In this document: positions 29,605 to 40,227 of the stretch, in pieces | Position numbering within the stretch: the stretch's first letter is position 1 | How the letters are laid out: each line of letters begins with the position of its first letter | NCBI GenBank assembly: GCA_963697915.1 | Contig: OY969103.1 | Location: 727,839 to 791,838 of the forward strand | Direction: 5' to 3' | Origin: an uncultured Solirubrobacterales bacterium | GTDB taxonomy: Bacteria > Actinomycetota > Thermoleophilia > Solirubrobacterales > 70-9 | Length of the DNA: 64,000 nucleotides | The notes under the pieces: model-generated | The model's input: the letters and a program-made list of their open reading frames with translations, nothing else | Database searches by the model: none | Told to the model about the DNA's origin: nothing | Position numbers and translations under genes: made by a program

Positions 29605-29625
29605 GGCCCGCGGAGACGACTGCTG

Positions 29626-29654
29626 AAGAGGCCGGCCCGGTGGGCCGGCCTCTT
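29626..29654. terminator. Bidirectional hairpin terminator
   Basis: AAGAGGCCGGCCC-GGT-GGGCCGGCCTCTT: perfect 13-bp stem followed by TTGCGTT, between convergent genes (stops at 29604 and 29666). Confidence 0.65.
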
Positions 29655-29665
29655 TGCGTTACGGC

Positions 29666-30688
<1,023 letters not shown>

Positions 30689-31909
30689 CTAGGACGCCAT
30701 AGCGCGTTGCAGGCGCTCGTCGATAGCGGCGAGGAACTCCTGCGTGGTGAGGTACTGCTGGTCAGGCCCGACCAGCAGGGCCAAGTCTTTGGTCATCTTG
30801 CCGCTCTCGACCGTCTCGATGCAGACCTGCTCCAGTGTCGCGGCGAACCGCGCGACATCGGGGGTCTCGTCGAGGCGACCGCGCGCGGCGAGGCCGCGGG
30901 TCCAGGCGAAGATCGAGGCGATCGGGTTGGTCGAGGTCGGCTTGCCCTCCTGGTGCTGGCGGTAGTGACGGGTGACGGTGCCGTGTGCCGCCTCGGCCTC
31001 GACCGTCTTGCCATCGGGGCTCATCAGCACGCTGGTCATCAACCCGAGCGAGCCGAACCCCTGGGCGACGGTGTCTGACTGCACGTCCCCATCGTAGTTC
31101 TTGCAGGCCCACACGTAACCGCCTTCCCACTTCATCGCGGCGGCGACCATGTCGTCGATCAAGCGGTGTTCGTAGGAGATCCCTTTGGCCTCGAACTCGG
31201 TGCGGAACTCAGCCTCGTAGACCTCGGCGAAGATGTCCTTGAAGCGGCCGTCATAGCGCTTCATGATCGTGTTCTTGGTCGAGAGGTAGACCGGGTAGCC
31301 ACGCTCGAGGCCGTAGCGCATCGAGGCGCGGGCGAAGTCGCGGATCGAGTCGTCGAGGTTGTACATCGCCATCGCGATGCCGCCGCTGGGGAAGTCGTAG
31401 ACGTCGAGCTCGACCGGCGCGTCGCCGTTCTTCGGCGTGTAGGTGAGGGTCAGCGTCCCCTCGCCCGGGACGACCATGTCGGTGGCCCGGTACTGGTCAC
31501 CGAAGGCGTGGCGGCCGATCACGATCGGCTTGGTCCAGCCCGGCACCAGGCGCGGGATGTTCGAGATCACGATCGGCTCGCGGAAGATGACGCCGCCGAG
31601 GATGTTGCGGATCGTGCCGTTGGGCGAGCGGTACATCTCCTTGAGGCCGAACTCCTCGACCCGCGCCTCGTCGGGCGTGATCGTCGCGCACTTGACGCCG
31701 ACCCCGTGCTGCTTGATCGCTTCCGCCGCCTCCACCGTGATCCGGTCTTCGGTGGCGTCGCGGCTCTCGATGCCGAGGTCGAAGTAGACGAGCTCGGCGT
31801 CGAGGTAGGGGAGGATCAGCTGCTCTTTGATGAACGACCAGATGATCCGGGTCATCTCGTCGCCGTCGAGCTCAACGACGGGGTTTTTCACAGCGATCTT
31901 CGCGGCCAT
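30689..31909 (-). CDS. icd: NADP-dependent isocitrate dehydrogenase (eukaryote-like homodimeric type)
   Basis: Track ORF trimmed to [24 protein letters not shown] (ATG 31909). The [10 protein letters not shown] and [13 protein letters not shown] motifs are typical. Confidence 0.93.
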   Translation of the reverse strand: MAAKIAVKNPVVELDGDEMTRIIWSFIKEQLILPYLDAELVYFDLGIESRDATEDRITVEAAEAIKQHGVGVKCATITPDEARVEEFGLKEMYRSPNGTIRNILGGVIFREPIVISNIPRLVPGWTKPIVIGRHAFGDQYRATDMVVPGEGTLTLTYTPKNGDAPVELDVYDFPSGGIAMAMYNLDDSIRDFARASMRYGLERGYPVYLSTKNTIMKRYDGRFKDIFAEVYEAEFRTEFEAKGISYEHRLIDDMVAAAMKWEGGYVWACKNYDGDVQSDTVAQGFGSLGLMTSVLMSPDGKTVEAEAAHGTVTRHYRQHQEGKPTSTNPIASIFAWTRGLAARGRLDETPDVARFAATLEQVCIETVESGKMTKDLALLVGPDQQYLTTQEFLAAIDERLQRAMAS

Positions 31910-31945
31910 CGGCGCGGCGATGCTATCGATGCGACAATCTGGGCG

Positions 31946-33607
31946 ATGGCAACGGTCGAGCGCCAGTCCGGGACCCATGAGGTCTTCAACCAGGCGCCGC
32001 CCCTCGAGAACTACAACACGTTCGACGCCGACCGCCCACTGCGCGAGGCGCTGCAGCGCGAGGGAGGCGGCTGGGCTGAGGAGCGTGCCCGCGAGCTGGG
32101 CGCGATCGCCGGCTCCGCGCAGACGATCCGCTGGGGTTTCGAAGCGAACGAGAAGAAGCCCCAACTGCGCACCCACGATCGCTACGGCAACCGCATCGAC
32201 GAGGTCGAGTTCGACCCCTCCTGGCACGAACTGATGCGGATCGGCGTCGACTACGGCCTGCACGCCTCGCCCTGGCGCGAGCCGGGCCCCGGCGCCCACG
32301 TCGCCCGGGCGACGATGTTCATGCTGCTGATGCAGGCCGAGAGCGGCGTCGGCTGCCCGCTCTCGATGACCTACTCGGCGATCCCCGCCCTGCGCGCGCA
32401 GCCCGAGCTGGCCGCGGAGTGGGAGGCGCGCTTCCTCTCACTCGACTACGACGAGCGCTCGCTGCCCGCCGAGCGCAAGCGCGGCGCCCTCTGCGGGATG
32501 GCGATGACCGAGAAGCAGGGCGGCTCCGACGTGCGCGCCAACACCACCGCGGCCCGGCCGCTGAACGGCGGCGGGCCGGGCGCCGAGTACGAGCTCGTCG
32601 GCCACAAGTGGTTCTGCTCGGCGCCGATGTGCGACGCCTTCCTCGTCCTCGCCCAGACCGACGCCGGCATCTCCTGCTTCCTGATGCCGCGCTGGACCCC
32701 GGACGGCGAGCGCAACGCCTTCCACGTCCAGCGCCTCAAGGACAAGCTCGGCAACCGCTCCAACGCCTCCAGCGAGGTCGAGTTCCGGGGCGCCTGGGCC
32801 CGCCTCATCGGCGAGGAGGGCCGCGGCGTGCCGACGATCATCGAGATGGTCAACCACACCCGGCTCGACTGCGTGATCGGCGCCGCCACCGGCTACCGGG
32901 CCGGAGTCGTGCAGGCGCTCAACCACACCGCGCATCGCGCCGCCTTCGGCGCCACGCTGATCGAGCAGCCGCTGATGCGCAACGTGCTCGCCGACCTCTG
33001 CGTCGAGTCGGAGGCGGCGACGATCGCCGCCCTGCGGCTGGCCCGCTCCTACGACGAGGTCGCCGCCGGCGACGCGGACGCGGTCGAGTTCCGCCGCCTC
33101 GCCAACGCGGTGCTCAAGTACTGGATGTGCAAGCGGGCGCCGTCGCACGCGGTCGAGTGCCTCGAGTGCCTGGGCGGCAACGGCTACGTCGAGGACTCGG
33201 GCCTGCCGCGCCTCTACCGCGAGGCGCCGCTGGCCTCGATCTGGGAGGGCTCGGGCAACGTCCAGTGCCTCGACGTGCTGCGGGCGATGGTCAAGAACCC
33301 GGCCTCGGTCGATGCCTTCTTCGCCGAGGTCCTGGAGGGCGCCGAGCCGCGCCTCGACTCCTTCGTCTCGGCGCTGCGGGCCGAGATCCCCGGCGACGTC
33401 GAGACGATCCAGACCCGCGCCCGCGGCATCGTCGAGCGCATGGCCCTCGCCCTACAGGCCTCGCTGCTGGTCCGCTACGGCGACCCGGCGAGCGCCGACG
33501 CCTTCTGCGCCTCGCGCCTCTCCGGGGAATGGGGCCACGCCTTCGGCACCCTCCCCGCGAGCACCGACTTCAGCAGGATCATCGACCGGCACATGCCCGT
33601 CGCCTGA
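31946..33607 (+). CDS. AidB-like acyl-CoA dehydrogenase family protein
   Basis: Track ORF trimmed to [24 protein letters not shown] (ATG 31946). The FNQ..PL..YN N-terminus, the [10 protein letters not shown] motif and the C-terminal ACAD fold are typical of AidB/isovaleryl-CoA-dehydrogenase-like proteins. Confidence 0.85.
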   Translation: MATVERQSGTHEVFNQAPPLENYNTFDADRPLREALQREGGGWAEERARELGAIAGSAQTIRWGFEANEKKPQLRTHDRYGNRIDEVEFDPSWHELMRIGVDYGLHASPWREPGPGAHVARATMFMLLMQAESGVGCPLSMTYSAIPALRAQPELAAEWEARFLSLDYDERSLPAERKRGALCGMAMTEKQGGSDVRANTTAARPLNGGGPGAEYELVGHKWFCSAPMCDAFLVLAQTDAGISCFLMPRWTPDGERNAFHVQRLKDKLGNRSNASSEVEFRGAWARLIGEEGRGVPTIIEMVNHTRLDCVIGAATGYRAGVVQALNHTAHRAAFGATLIEQPLMRNVLADLCVESEAATIAALRLARSYDEVAAGDADAVEFRRLANAVLKYWMCKRAPSHAVECLECLGGNGYVEDSGLPRLYREAPLASIWEGSGNVQCLDVLRAMVKNPASVDAFFAEVLEGAEPRLDSFVSALRAEIPGDVETIQTRARGIVERMALALQASLLVRYGDPASADAFCASRLSGEWGHAFGTLPASTDFSRIIDRHMPVA

Positions 33608-33622
33608 ACCCTGGCTTCCCCG

Positions 33623-34789
33623 TCAGATGGCGTCCCTGAGGGCGCGACCTACTTGCTCGGCGGTAACCACGCCGGAGAGGCGGCCCTCGGCGTCGACCGC
33701 CATCACCGCGCCGAAGCGGCGCATCGTGCGGTTGGCGAGCAGGGTGTCGAGCGGCGCGTCCTCGGAGATGTGGAATGTGCCGTCGTCGCTGTCGCTCTCG
33801 ACCAGTTCGCCGATCAGGGCTGTGGCGCGCGAGGTCTCGGGCACCTGGTCGGCGCTGTCGCGGATCACCAGGCCCTTGAAGCGGTGCGCGGCGTCGACCA
33901 CCGGGAACCACGACCAGCGGTAGCGCAGGAAGTACTCGTCGAGCGCCTGCTCGACGCTGAGGTCACCGGGGATCGCAACCGGTTCGCGATCCATCACGTC
34001 GGCGACGCGCTTGCCCTCGATCGGGGCGGTGATCTTGGTCTGGGCCGCGGCGGCGCGGGCCGAGCCGTTGATCACCATCCCGATCAGCGCCAGCCAGACG
34101 CCGGCGAAGACGTCGCCGGTGAAGACCAGGAGGAGGCCGCCGCCGATGAAGAGGTAGGCGAAGACGCGGCCGAGGCCGGCGGCAAAGCGGGTCGCCGAGC
34201 CGCGGTCACCAGTCCGCCACCAGGCGAGCGCCCGGACGATCCGGCCGCCGTCCATCGGGAAGGCGGGCAGCAGGTTGAAGACGAGGACGAGGAAGTTGAT
34301 CGAGGCGAGCCAGGCGACCATCGCCATCACCCCGGAAACGCCCGAGTCCTTTTCGATCAGAACCGCCTTCCAGTAGCCGTCGGCGCCGGCGGCGAGCAAG
34401 CCGACCGCGGTGAGGACGGCGACGATCGCCAGCGTCACCAGGGGGCCGGCGACCGCGACCTCGAACTCCGTCTTCGGCGAGTCCGTCTCACGGTCCATCC
34501 GCGCCATCCCGCCGAAGACCCAGAGCTGGATGCTGGAGATGCCGATCCCGTTGCGCAGGGCGACCAGCGCGTGGCCGAGCTCGTGCAGGACGATCGAGCC
34601 GAAGAAGCCGGCGGCGCTGATCACCGCGAGCAGGAACGGGGTCGAGGAGGAGCTGCTCTCGCCCAGCACGTCGCCGTAGAACTGCGAGAGCCAGAAGATG
34701 ACGATGAAGAGGATCAGGAACCACGACCAGTCGACCGCGATGCGGATCCCGCGCACGTGGAAGAGGGTGATTGAGCTGCCGCCGAACAT
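33623..34789 (-). CDS. Site-2 protease family (M50) zinc metalloprotease with C-terminal CBS pair
   Basis: HELGHALVA (HExxH) lies in a TM context and NLLPAFPMDGGR provides the second motif. The C-terminus holds two CBS-like modules. Start trimmed to MFGGSSITLF (ATG 34789). Confidence 0.85.
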   Translation of the reverse strand: MFGGSSITLFHVRGIRIAVDWSWFLILFIVIFWLSQFYGDVLGESSSSSTPFLLAVISAAGFFGSIVLHELGHALVALRNGIGISSIQLWVFGGMARMDRETDSPKTEFEVAVAGPLVTLAIVAVLTAVGLLAAGADGYWKAVLIEKDSGVSGVMAMVAWLASINFLVLVFNLLPAFPMDGGRIVRALAWWRTGDRGSATRFAAGLGRVFAYLFIGGGLLLVFTGDVFAGVWLALIGMVINGSARAAAAQTKITAPIEGKRVADVMDREPVAIPGDLSVEQALDEYFLRYRWSWFPVVDAAHRFKGLVIRDSADQVPETSRATALIGELVESDSDDGTFHISEDAPLDTLLANRTMRRFGAVMAVDAEGRLSGVVTAEQVGRALRDAI

Positions 34790-34869
34790 CTGACCCCATG
34801 GTATGGGCAGCGGTCGCGGGCGCGGCCGGAACCATAGGTCGTGTCTCGGCACGGTAGGGTCACGTTCTT

Positions 34870-36045
34870 ATGGGGGGTGACCAGGACTACCTGCGCACAC
34901 AGCTCGAGCAGCTCGAGCAGATCGACCGGCCCTCGGCGTCGGAGGGCGAACGCCGCGCCGCCGAGTGGCTCGTCGCCCGCTTCGCCGAGCTCGGCGCCGA
35001 GGCGCGGATCGAGGCCGAGCCCGCCCACGGCACCTACTGGTGGCCGCTGGGGCTCGGCGCCGCCCTGGGGGCGCTGAGCGGGATCCTCGCCCTGCGCGGG
35101 CGGCGGCTGCTGGGTGCGCTGATCGGCGCGATCGGCGGCGCCGGGATCGCCGACGACTTCCCACCCGGCAAGCGCCGCCTGCGCCGGCCGCTGCCGACCC
35201 GCACCGCCTACAACGTCGTCTGCGAGCTGGGACCCGCTGACGCCGAGCGCACGATGGTCGTCGTCGCCCACCACGACGCCGCCCACGCCGGGCTCGTCTT
35301 CCACCCGGCGCTGCCCAAGATCGCCGACCGGCTCGGCCTGGTCGAGGGCCAGGACACCAGCCCGGCGCTGATGGCGCCGGTGATCGGCGGGCCGATCCTC
35401 GCCGCGCTCGGCGCCCTCACCGGCCGCCGCCTGCTCTCCAGGATCGGCATCGTCCTCGGCCTCGGATCCGCCGCGGCGATGGCCGACATCGGCCTGCGCA
35501 AGGTCGTCCCCGGCGCCAACGACAACGGCACCGGCGTCGTCGCCCTGCTCGCCCTCGCCCGCAACCTGATCGAGGAGCCACCCGAGGACCTGCGCGTGAT
35601 CCTGCTCTCGGCCGGCGCCGAGGAGTCCTTCAGCGAGGGGATCAAGGCCTTCGGCGAGCGCCACTTCCATGAGCTGCCGCGGGAGAGCACCTTCTTCCTC
35701 GCGGTCGACTCGATCGGCTCCCCCCACCTGCTCGTCCTGCGCGGCGAGGGCTTCCTGAAGATGCACGAGTACCCGCCCCGGGCGCTCGCCCTCTTCGACG
35801 GCCTCGCCGAGGAGCTCGGCATCTGGCTCTACCCCAACCTGCGCCTGCACAACGGCACCGACGGGCTCGAGTCGCTGGCGGCGGGATACGAGACCGCGAC
35901 CCTGCTCAGCTGCACCGACCTCAAGCAGCCGGCCAACTACCACTGGCCCAACGACGTCTCCGAGGGCGTCGACTTCGACAGCGTCGCCGACGGCATCCGC
36001 CTGATCGAGGCCGCCGTGCGGCGCCTCGACCAGCGCTGGCTCTGA
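34870..36045 (+). CDS. M28-family metallopeptidase with membrane segments
   Basis: 391 aa. VVVAHHDAAHAG, GANDNGTGVVALLALAR and SAGAEESFSEG match the M28 zinc-ligand blocks. Hydrophobic stretches lie between them. Confidence 0.75.
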   Translation: MGGDQDYLRTQLEQLEQIDRPSASEGERRAAEWLVARFAELGAEARIEAEPAHGTYWWPLGLGAALGALSGILALRGRRLLGALIGAIGGAGIADDFPPGKRRLRRPLPTRTAYNVVCELGPADAERTMVVVAHHDAAHAGLVFHPALPKIADRLGLVEGQDTSPALMAPVIGGPILAALGALTGRRLLSRIGIVLGLGSAAAMADIGLRKVVPGANDNGTGVVALLALARNLIEEPPEDLRVILLSAGAEESFSEGIKAFGERHFHELPRESTFFLAVDSIGSPHLLVLRGEGFLKMHEYPPRALALFDGLAEELGIWLYPNLRLHNGTDGLESLAAGYETATLLSCTDLKQPANYHWPNDVSEGVDFDSVADGIRLIEAAVRRLDQRWL

Positions 36046-36046
36046 G

Positions 36047-36095
36047 TCGACGGGCCTACAACGCGGGCCTATCCGACGTTTGAGGCCCGTCGGCG
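36047..36095 (+). repeat. Dispersed hairpin element, copy B
   Basis: TCGACGGGCCT-(25 nt)-AGGCCCGTCGGCG starts 2 nt after the M28 stop. It has the same loop length and an identical 22-nt 3' half as copy A (19467-19517, opposite strand). Confidence 0.75.
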
Positions 36096-36120
36096 AAATC
36101 CGACTGCGGGGTCGGATTTC
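36095..36120 (+). terminator. Second hairpin downstream of the M28 gene (possible terminator, no U-tract)
   Basis: GAAATCCGAC-TGCGGG-GTCGGATTTC: perfect 10-bp stem, 22 nt upstream of the sdhA start. Confidence 0.35.
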
Positions 36121-36141
36121 AGCGCTATAGAGTCCGCGCCC

Positions 36142-37830
36142 GTGCCAACCCATGACGTACTGGTGATCGGCGCCGGGCTCGCTGGACAGCGGGCCGCCTT
36201 GGCCGCCGCCGAGCAAGGTGTATCGGTCGGGATCCTGAGCAAGGTCCACCCGGTTCGCTCGCACTCGAACGCCGCCCAGGGCGGCATCAACGCGGCGCTC
36301 AACCCGGGCGACTCCTGGGAGTCGCACGCCTTCGACACGGTCAAGGGCTCCGACTACCTGGGCGACCAGGACGCGATCTCGATCATGTGCGAAGAGGCGC
36401 CGGAGGAAATCCTCCACCTCGAGCACCTCGGCGTCACCTTCCACCGCAACGAGGAGGGCAGGCTCGGAACCCGCGCCTTCGGCGGCGCCTCCGCCGCCCG
36501 CACCTACTACGTCGCCGACATCACCGGCCAGGCGATCATGCACGTCCTCTACGAGCAGCTGATGAAGTACTCCGACTCGGTCGCCCGCTACGAGGAGTGG
36601 TTCTGCACGGCGCTGGCGATGGACGAGCAGGGCGAGTGCTGCGGGGTCGTCACCCGCAACATCGCCGACGGCTCGATGCAGCTGTTCTCGGCGAAAGCGG
36701 TGATCCTCGCCTGTGGCGGCAACGGCCAGGTCTGGCAGCCGACCACCAACGCCTTGATCTGCACCGGCGACGGGATCTCGATGGCCTACCGGGTCGGGGC
36801 CAAGCTGATGGACATGGAGATGATCCAGTACCACCCGACGACGCTCGCGGGCAAGGGCTTCCTGATCACCGAGGGCGCCCGTGGCGAGGGCGCCCACCTG
36901 CTCAACGCCAAGGGCGAGCGCTTCATGGAGCGCTACGCGCCAAACAAGATGGAGCTGGCCTCGCGCGACGTCGTCAGCCGCGCCGAGCAGACCGAGATCA
37001 ACGAGGGCCGCGGCTTCCCCGACGGCACCGTCGCGCTCGACATCACGGTGGTGCCGAAGAAGCGCGTCCACGAGGCGCTGCGCGAGATCGTCCTCGTCGG
37101 CAAGGACTTCGCCGGGGTCGACATCACCAAGGAACCGATTCACATCAAGCCCGGCAACCACTACACGATGGGCGGCGTCAAGACCGACGTCGACGGGCGC
37201 ACCGACATCCCCGGCCTCTACGCCGCCGGCGAGACCGCCTGCGTCTCGGTCCACGGCGGCAACCGGCTCGGCGCCAACTCGCTGCTCGACACGCTGATCT
37301 TCGGCCGCCGCTCCGGCGTCGACGCCGCCGGCCGCGCCAAGCGGATCGAGGGCTCGCGGCCCTCGCGCGGCGCGCTCGAGGCCGAGCAGGCCACGGTGGT
37401 GGCGATCGCGGCGCGCGAGAAGGGCTCCGGCCGCCGGGTCTCTGAGATCAAGCGCGAGCTGGGCGAGACGATGGACGCGAAAGTCGCCGTCTTCCGCGAG
37501 GAGGCCGGCATCCAGAGCGCCCTGGAGACCGTGCGGCGCCTCAAGGAGGAGGCCAAGAGCGCCTACATCGACGACAAGGGCAGCGTCTTCAACCAGGACA
37601 TGCTGGGCGCGATCGAGCTCGGCTACATGCTCGACAACGCCGAGTGCACCTGCATCGCCGCGCTCGAGCGCAAGGAGAGCCGCGGCGCCCAGTACAGGAC
37701 CGACTTCCCGGAGCGCAATGATGAGGAGTGGCTCAAACACATCGACCTGCAACAGGGTGACGACGGTCCGGAGATCTCATACTCCGAGGTGACGATCACC
37801 CAGTGGGAACCCGAAGAGAGGAAGTACTAG
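36142..37830 (+). CDS. sdhA: Succinate dehydrogenase / fumarate reductase flavoprotein subunit
   Basis: 562 aa with a GTG start. FAD fold [17 protein letters not shown], the covalent-FAD His context [16 protein letters not shown], and HPT/RGEG and [11 protein letters not shown] motifs. Confidence 0.93.
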   Translation: MPTHDVLVIGAGLAGQRAALAAAEQGVSVGILSKVHPVRSHSNAAQGGINAALNPGDSWESHAFDTVKGSDYLGDQDAISIMCEEAPEEILHLEHLGVTFHRNEEGRLGTRAFGGASAARTYYVADITGQAIMHVLYEQLMKYSDSVARYEEWFCTALAMDEQGECCGVVTRNIADGSMQLFSAKAVILACGGNGQVWQPTTNALICTGDGISMAYRVGAKLMDMEMIQYHPTTLAGKGFLITEGARGEGAHLLNAKGERFMERYAPNKMELASRDVVSRAEQTEINEGRGFPDGTVALDITVVPKKRVHEALREIVLVGKDFAGVDITKEPIHIKPGNHYTMGGVKTDVDGRTDIPGLYAAGETACVSVHGGNRLGANSLLDTLIFGRRSGVDAAGRAKRIEGSRPSRGALEAEQATVVAIAAREKGSGRRVSEIKRELGETMDAKVAVFREEAGIQSALETVRRLKEEAKSAYIDDKGSVFNQDMLGAIELGYMLDNAECTCIAALERKESRGAQYRTDFPERNDEEWLKHIDLQQGDDGPEISYSEVTITQWEPEERKY

Positions 37831-37834
37831 GACG

Positions 37835-38968
37835 ATGGCCGAGTACACGCTGAAAGTCCGCCGCTACCAGCCCGAGAGCGGCGAGGGGCCCTACTGGGAG
37901 CAGTTCGACGTCGACCTCGACCCCTCGCTCTCGGTCCTCGACGGCCTGCTCCAGGCCAAGGACCGCGAGGACGGCTCGCTCTCGGTGCGCTGCTCCTGCC
38001 GGGCGGCGATCTGCGGCTCCTGCGGGATGAAGATCAACGGCCAGTCCGGGCTCGGCTGCAAGACCCAGATCGGCGAGGCCCAGGAGCTGGCCGAGAAGAA
38101 AGCCAGCGTCAGCCCCAGCGACGAGCCGCCGGTGATCGTCGTCGAGCCGATGGGGAACATGCCCGTGATCAAGGACCTGATCACCGACATGGAGTCGACC
38201 CACTGGACCAAGATCCGCCGCGTCACCCCCTGGCTCCTGCCCCACGGCGAGGCGCCCGAGCGCGAGTACGTGGTCGAGCCCGAGTCGATGATCGACATCA
38301 CCCAGTCGATGGCCTGCATCCAGTGCGGCGCCTGCGTCTCCTCCTGCCTCTCGATGGAAGCAGACCCCGACTTCATCGGCCCGGCGGCACTGGCCAAGGC
38401 CTACCGCTTCGTCGGCGACCCGCGCGACGGCGAGACCGTCGAGCGCCTCCACGACCTGGCCAACGACCCGCACGGGATCTACGACTGCACCCACTGCTTC
38501 AGCTGCGTCGATGCCTGTCCGAAGGGCGTCGCGCCGATGGACCAGATCATGCGCCTGCGCCGCAAAGCCGGCGAGGCTGGGGTCGAGGATTCCAATTCCG
38601 GCCACTCCCACGAGATGGCCTTCGTCAACATCATCGAGAAGAAGGGCACGCTCGACGAGGCGCTGCTCGTCCAGGAGTCCTATGCGCCGGGCATCAAAGG
38701 AAAGCTCAAACCGAGCAAGCGCGGGATCACGGAAACGATCAAATCGATGCCGACCATCCTGCGGGCCCTGAAAGTCCGCAAGGTCGGGATCAAAAAGGCG
38801 ATCCCGGGCCTCCACCACAGCCTGCCCAAGGACACGATGGAGGACGTCAAGGCGATCTACAAGCACGCCAACGAGCACCGCGAGGAATTCAACATCTACA
38901 TCAAGGGCGAGGAGGACGTCGAGCCCGAGCCCGACGAGACCGAGAAGACGGAGGAGACGACCGCATGA
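37835..38968 (+). CDS. sdhB: Succinate dehydrogenase iron-sulfur subunit with about 125-aa Lys-rich C-terminal extension
   Basis: Cluster motifs CSCRAAICGSCGMKING...C, CIQCGACVSSC and CTHCFSCVDACP (CxxCxxCxxxCP, with an extra Cys in the third cluster). Residues about 251-377 have no counterpart in ordinary SdhB. Confidence 0.88.
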   Translation: MAEYTLKVRRYQPESGEGPYWEQFDVDLDPSLSVLDGLLQAKDREDGSLSVRCSCRAAICGSCGMKINGQSGLGCKTQIGEAQELAEKKASVSPSDEPPVIVVEPMGNMPVIKDLITDMESTHWTKIRRVTPWLLPHGEAPEREYVVEPESMIDITQSMACIQCGACVSSCLSMEADPDFIGPAALAKAYRFVGDPRDGETVERLHDLANDPHGIYDCTHCFSCVDACPKGVAPMDQIMRLRRKAGEAGVEDSNSGHSHEMAFVNIIEKKGTLDEALLVQESYAPGIKGKLKPSKRGITETIKSMPTILRALKVRKVGIKKAIPGLHHSLPKDTMEDVKAIYKHANEHREEFNIYIKGEEDVEPEPDETEKTEETTA

Positions 38969-39864
38969 AGCTCGCCTACTGGCCCGGCTGCGTCTCGCGC
39001 GGCTTCACCCCCGAACTCCACGGCTCGATGGCCTTCACGGCCGAGCGGCTCGGCATCGAGCTGGTCGAACTCGACCGCGCCAACTGCTGCGGCGCCGGCG
39101 TGATCGCCGAGCACAACCAGGAGCTCGCCGACACCCTCAACGCGCGCACCTTCGCCCTCGCCCAGCAGACCGGGCTGGCGATGATGAACATCTGCTCGAC
39201 CTGCCAGGGCGCCCAGTCGGAGTGCCAGCAGCGCCTCGACGCCGACTCCGCCTACCGCGCCCACATCAACGAGGTGCTCAGCGGCCAGGGCCTCGAGTAC
39301 GTCAAGGGCAAGGACGGCTTCACCAACAAAAACTTCCTCTGGCTGCTGGTCGAGGACTACGGCCTGGACAAGCTCGCCGAGAAGGTCGTGCGGCCGCTCT
39401 CCGGGCTGCGCGTCGGCCCCTTCTACGGCTGCTACGTGGTGCGGCCCAAGGAGCGGCTCGGCTACGACGAGTACCCCGACCGCGACATCTATCTGGAGAA
39501 GGTGATCGAGGTCCTCGGCGGCGAGGTGGTCGAGTACGACGGCGCCCGCAAGTGCTGCGGCTTCCCGGTCGTGACGATGAACCGCGAGACCTCGCTGCGC
39601 CAGTCCGGCACCCACGTCGGCGACGCCCTCGACGCCGGCGCCGACTGCCTCGTCACCCCCTGCCCGCTCTGCCACCTCAACCTCGACATGCAGCAGCCGG
39701 AGGCGGCCAAGGTCGTCAACCGCGACCTCGGGCTCGCCGTCCTGCACCTGCCGCAGCTGGTCGGCCTGGCGCTCGGCGCCGAGCCCAAGCAGCTCGGCAT
39801 GGGCCATCACGTCGCTTCCACCAAGTGGGTGCAGGAGCGACTGGCAGCGCCCGCCGTTGCCTAG
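38965..39864 (+). CDS. CCG-domain (heterodisulfide reductase B-like) subunit of a type E-like succinate:quinone oxidoreductase
   Basis: ATG overlaps the sdhB stop (ATGA). There are two CCG-type motifs: ANCCGAG...CSTC and RKCCGFP...PCPLCH. The track ORF from 38323 is over-extended. Confidence 0.82.
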   Translation: MKLAYWPGCVSRGFTPELHGSMAFTAERLGIELVELDRANCCGAGVIAEHNQELADTLNARTFALAQQTGLAMMNICSTCQGAQSECQQRLDADSAYRAHINEVLSGQGLEYVKGKDGFTNKNFLWLLVEDYGLDKLAEKVVRPLSGLRVGPFYGCYVVRPKERLGYDEYPDRDIYLEKVIEVLGGEVVEYDGARKCCGFPVVTMNRETSLRQSGTHVGDALDAGADCLVTPCPLCHLNLDMQQPEAAKVVNRDLGLAVLHLPQLVGLALGAEPKQLGMGHHVASTKWVQERLAAPAVA

Positions 39865-39876
39865 CGGCGACGACGC

Positions 39877-40095
39877 TCAGAGCTGGAGGCCGAGGAACGC
39901 GGTGCCGAAGGCGGCGAGGATCCCGGCCAGCGTGACGATCATCGCTGTCTGAAGCCTGTCGAAGCGATCGTCCATGTGGGAACGCAGATCATCGACATGT
40001 CCGCGCAGATCGTCGACGCTGCGGCGCACGTCGTCGACCTGATCGGCGAGGCGGTCGAGCCGGTCGTCGTTCCAGTTTGTCCTTGCGCCCTCCAT
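39877..40095 (-). CDS. Tail-anchored 72-aa protein with four tandem heptads
   Basis: MEGARTNWNDDRLDRLADQ VDDVRRS VDDLRGH VDDLRSH MDDRFDR LQTAMIVTLAGILAAFGTAFLGLQL. It is the only plausible part of track ORF 39877..41262; the rest of that ORF is antisense to the transporter. Confidence 0.5.
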   Translation of the reverse strand: MEGARTNWNDDRLDRLADQVDDVRRSVDDLRGHVDDLRSHMDDRFDRLQTAMIVTLAGILAAFGTAFLGLQL

Positions 40096-40227
40096 CGCAA
40101 CCAGGCTAGCGGACAAGACGTTACACGTGGTTAGCGGAAGCGTGACGGACAGATAGCCGATATCGTTCTCCCTGGTGAGCCGGGAAGCCTGGTCGGCAAG
40201 ACTCGTCGCCGACCCCGAAAGGCCCCG

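Noticed and set aside
34714-37752. 1012-aa ORF on the minus strand, the longest in the track.
   Set aside because: It runs antisense to the M28 peptidase and sdhA genes, which have clear family motifs. Its translation is an Arg/Ala/Gly/Asp-rich string with no recognisable domain. This is the typical shadow ORF of a very GC-rich genome.
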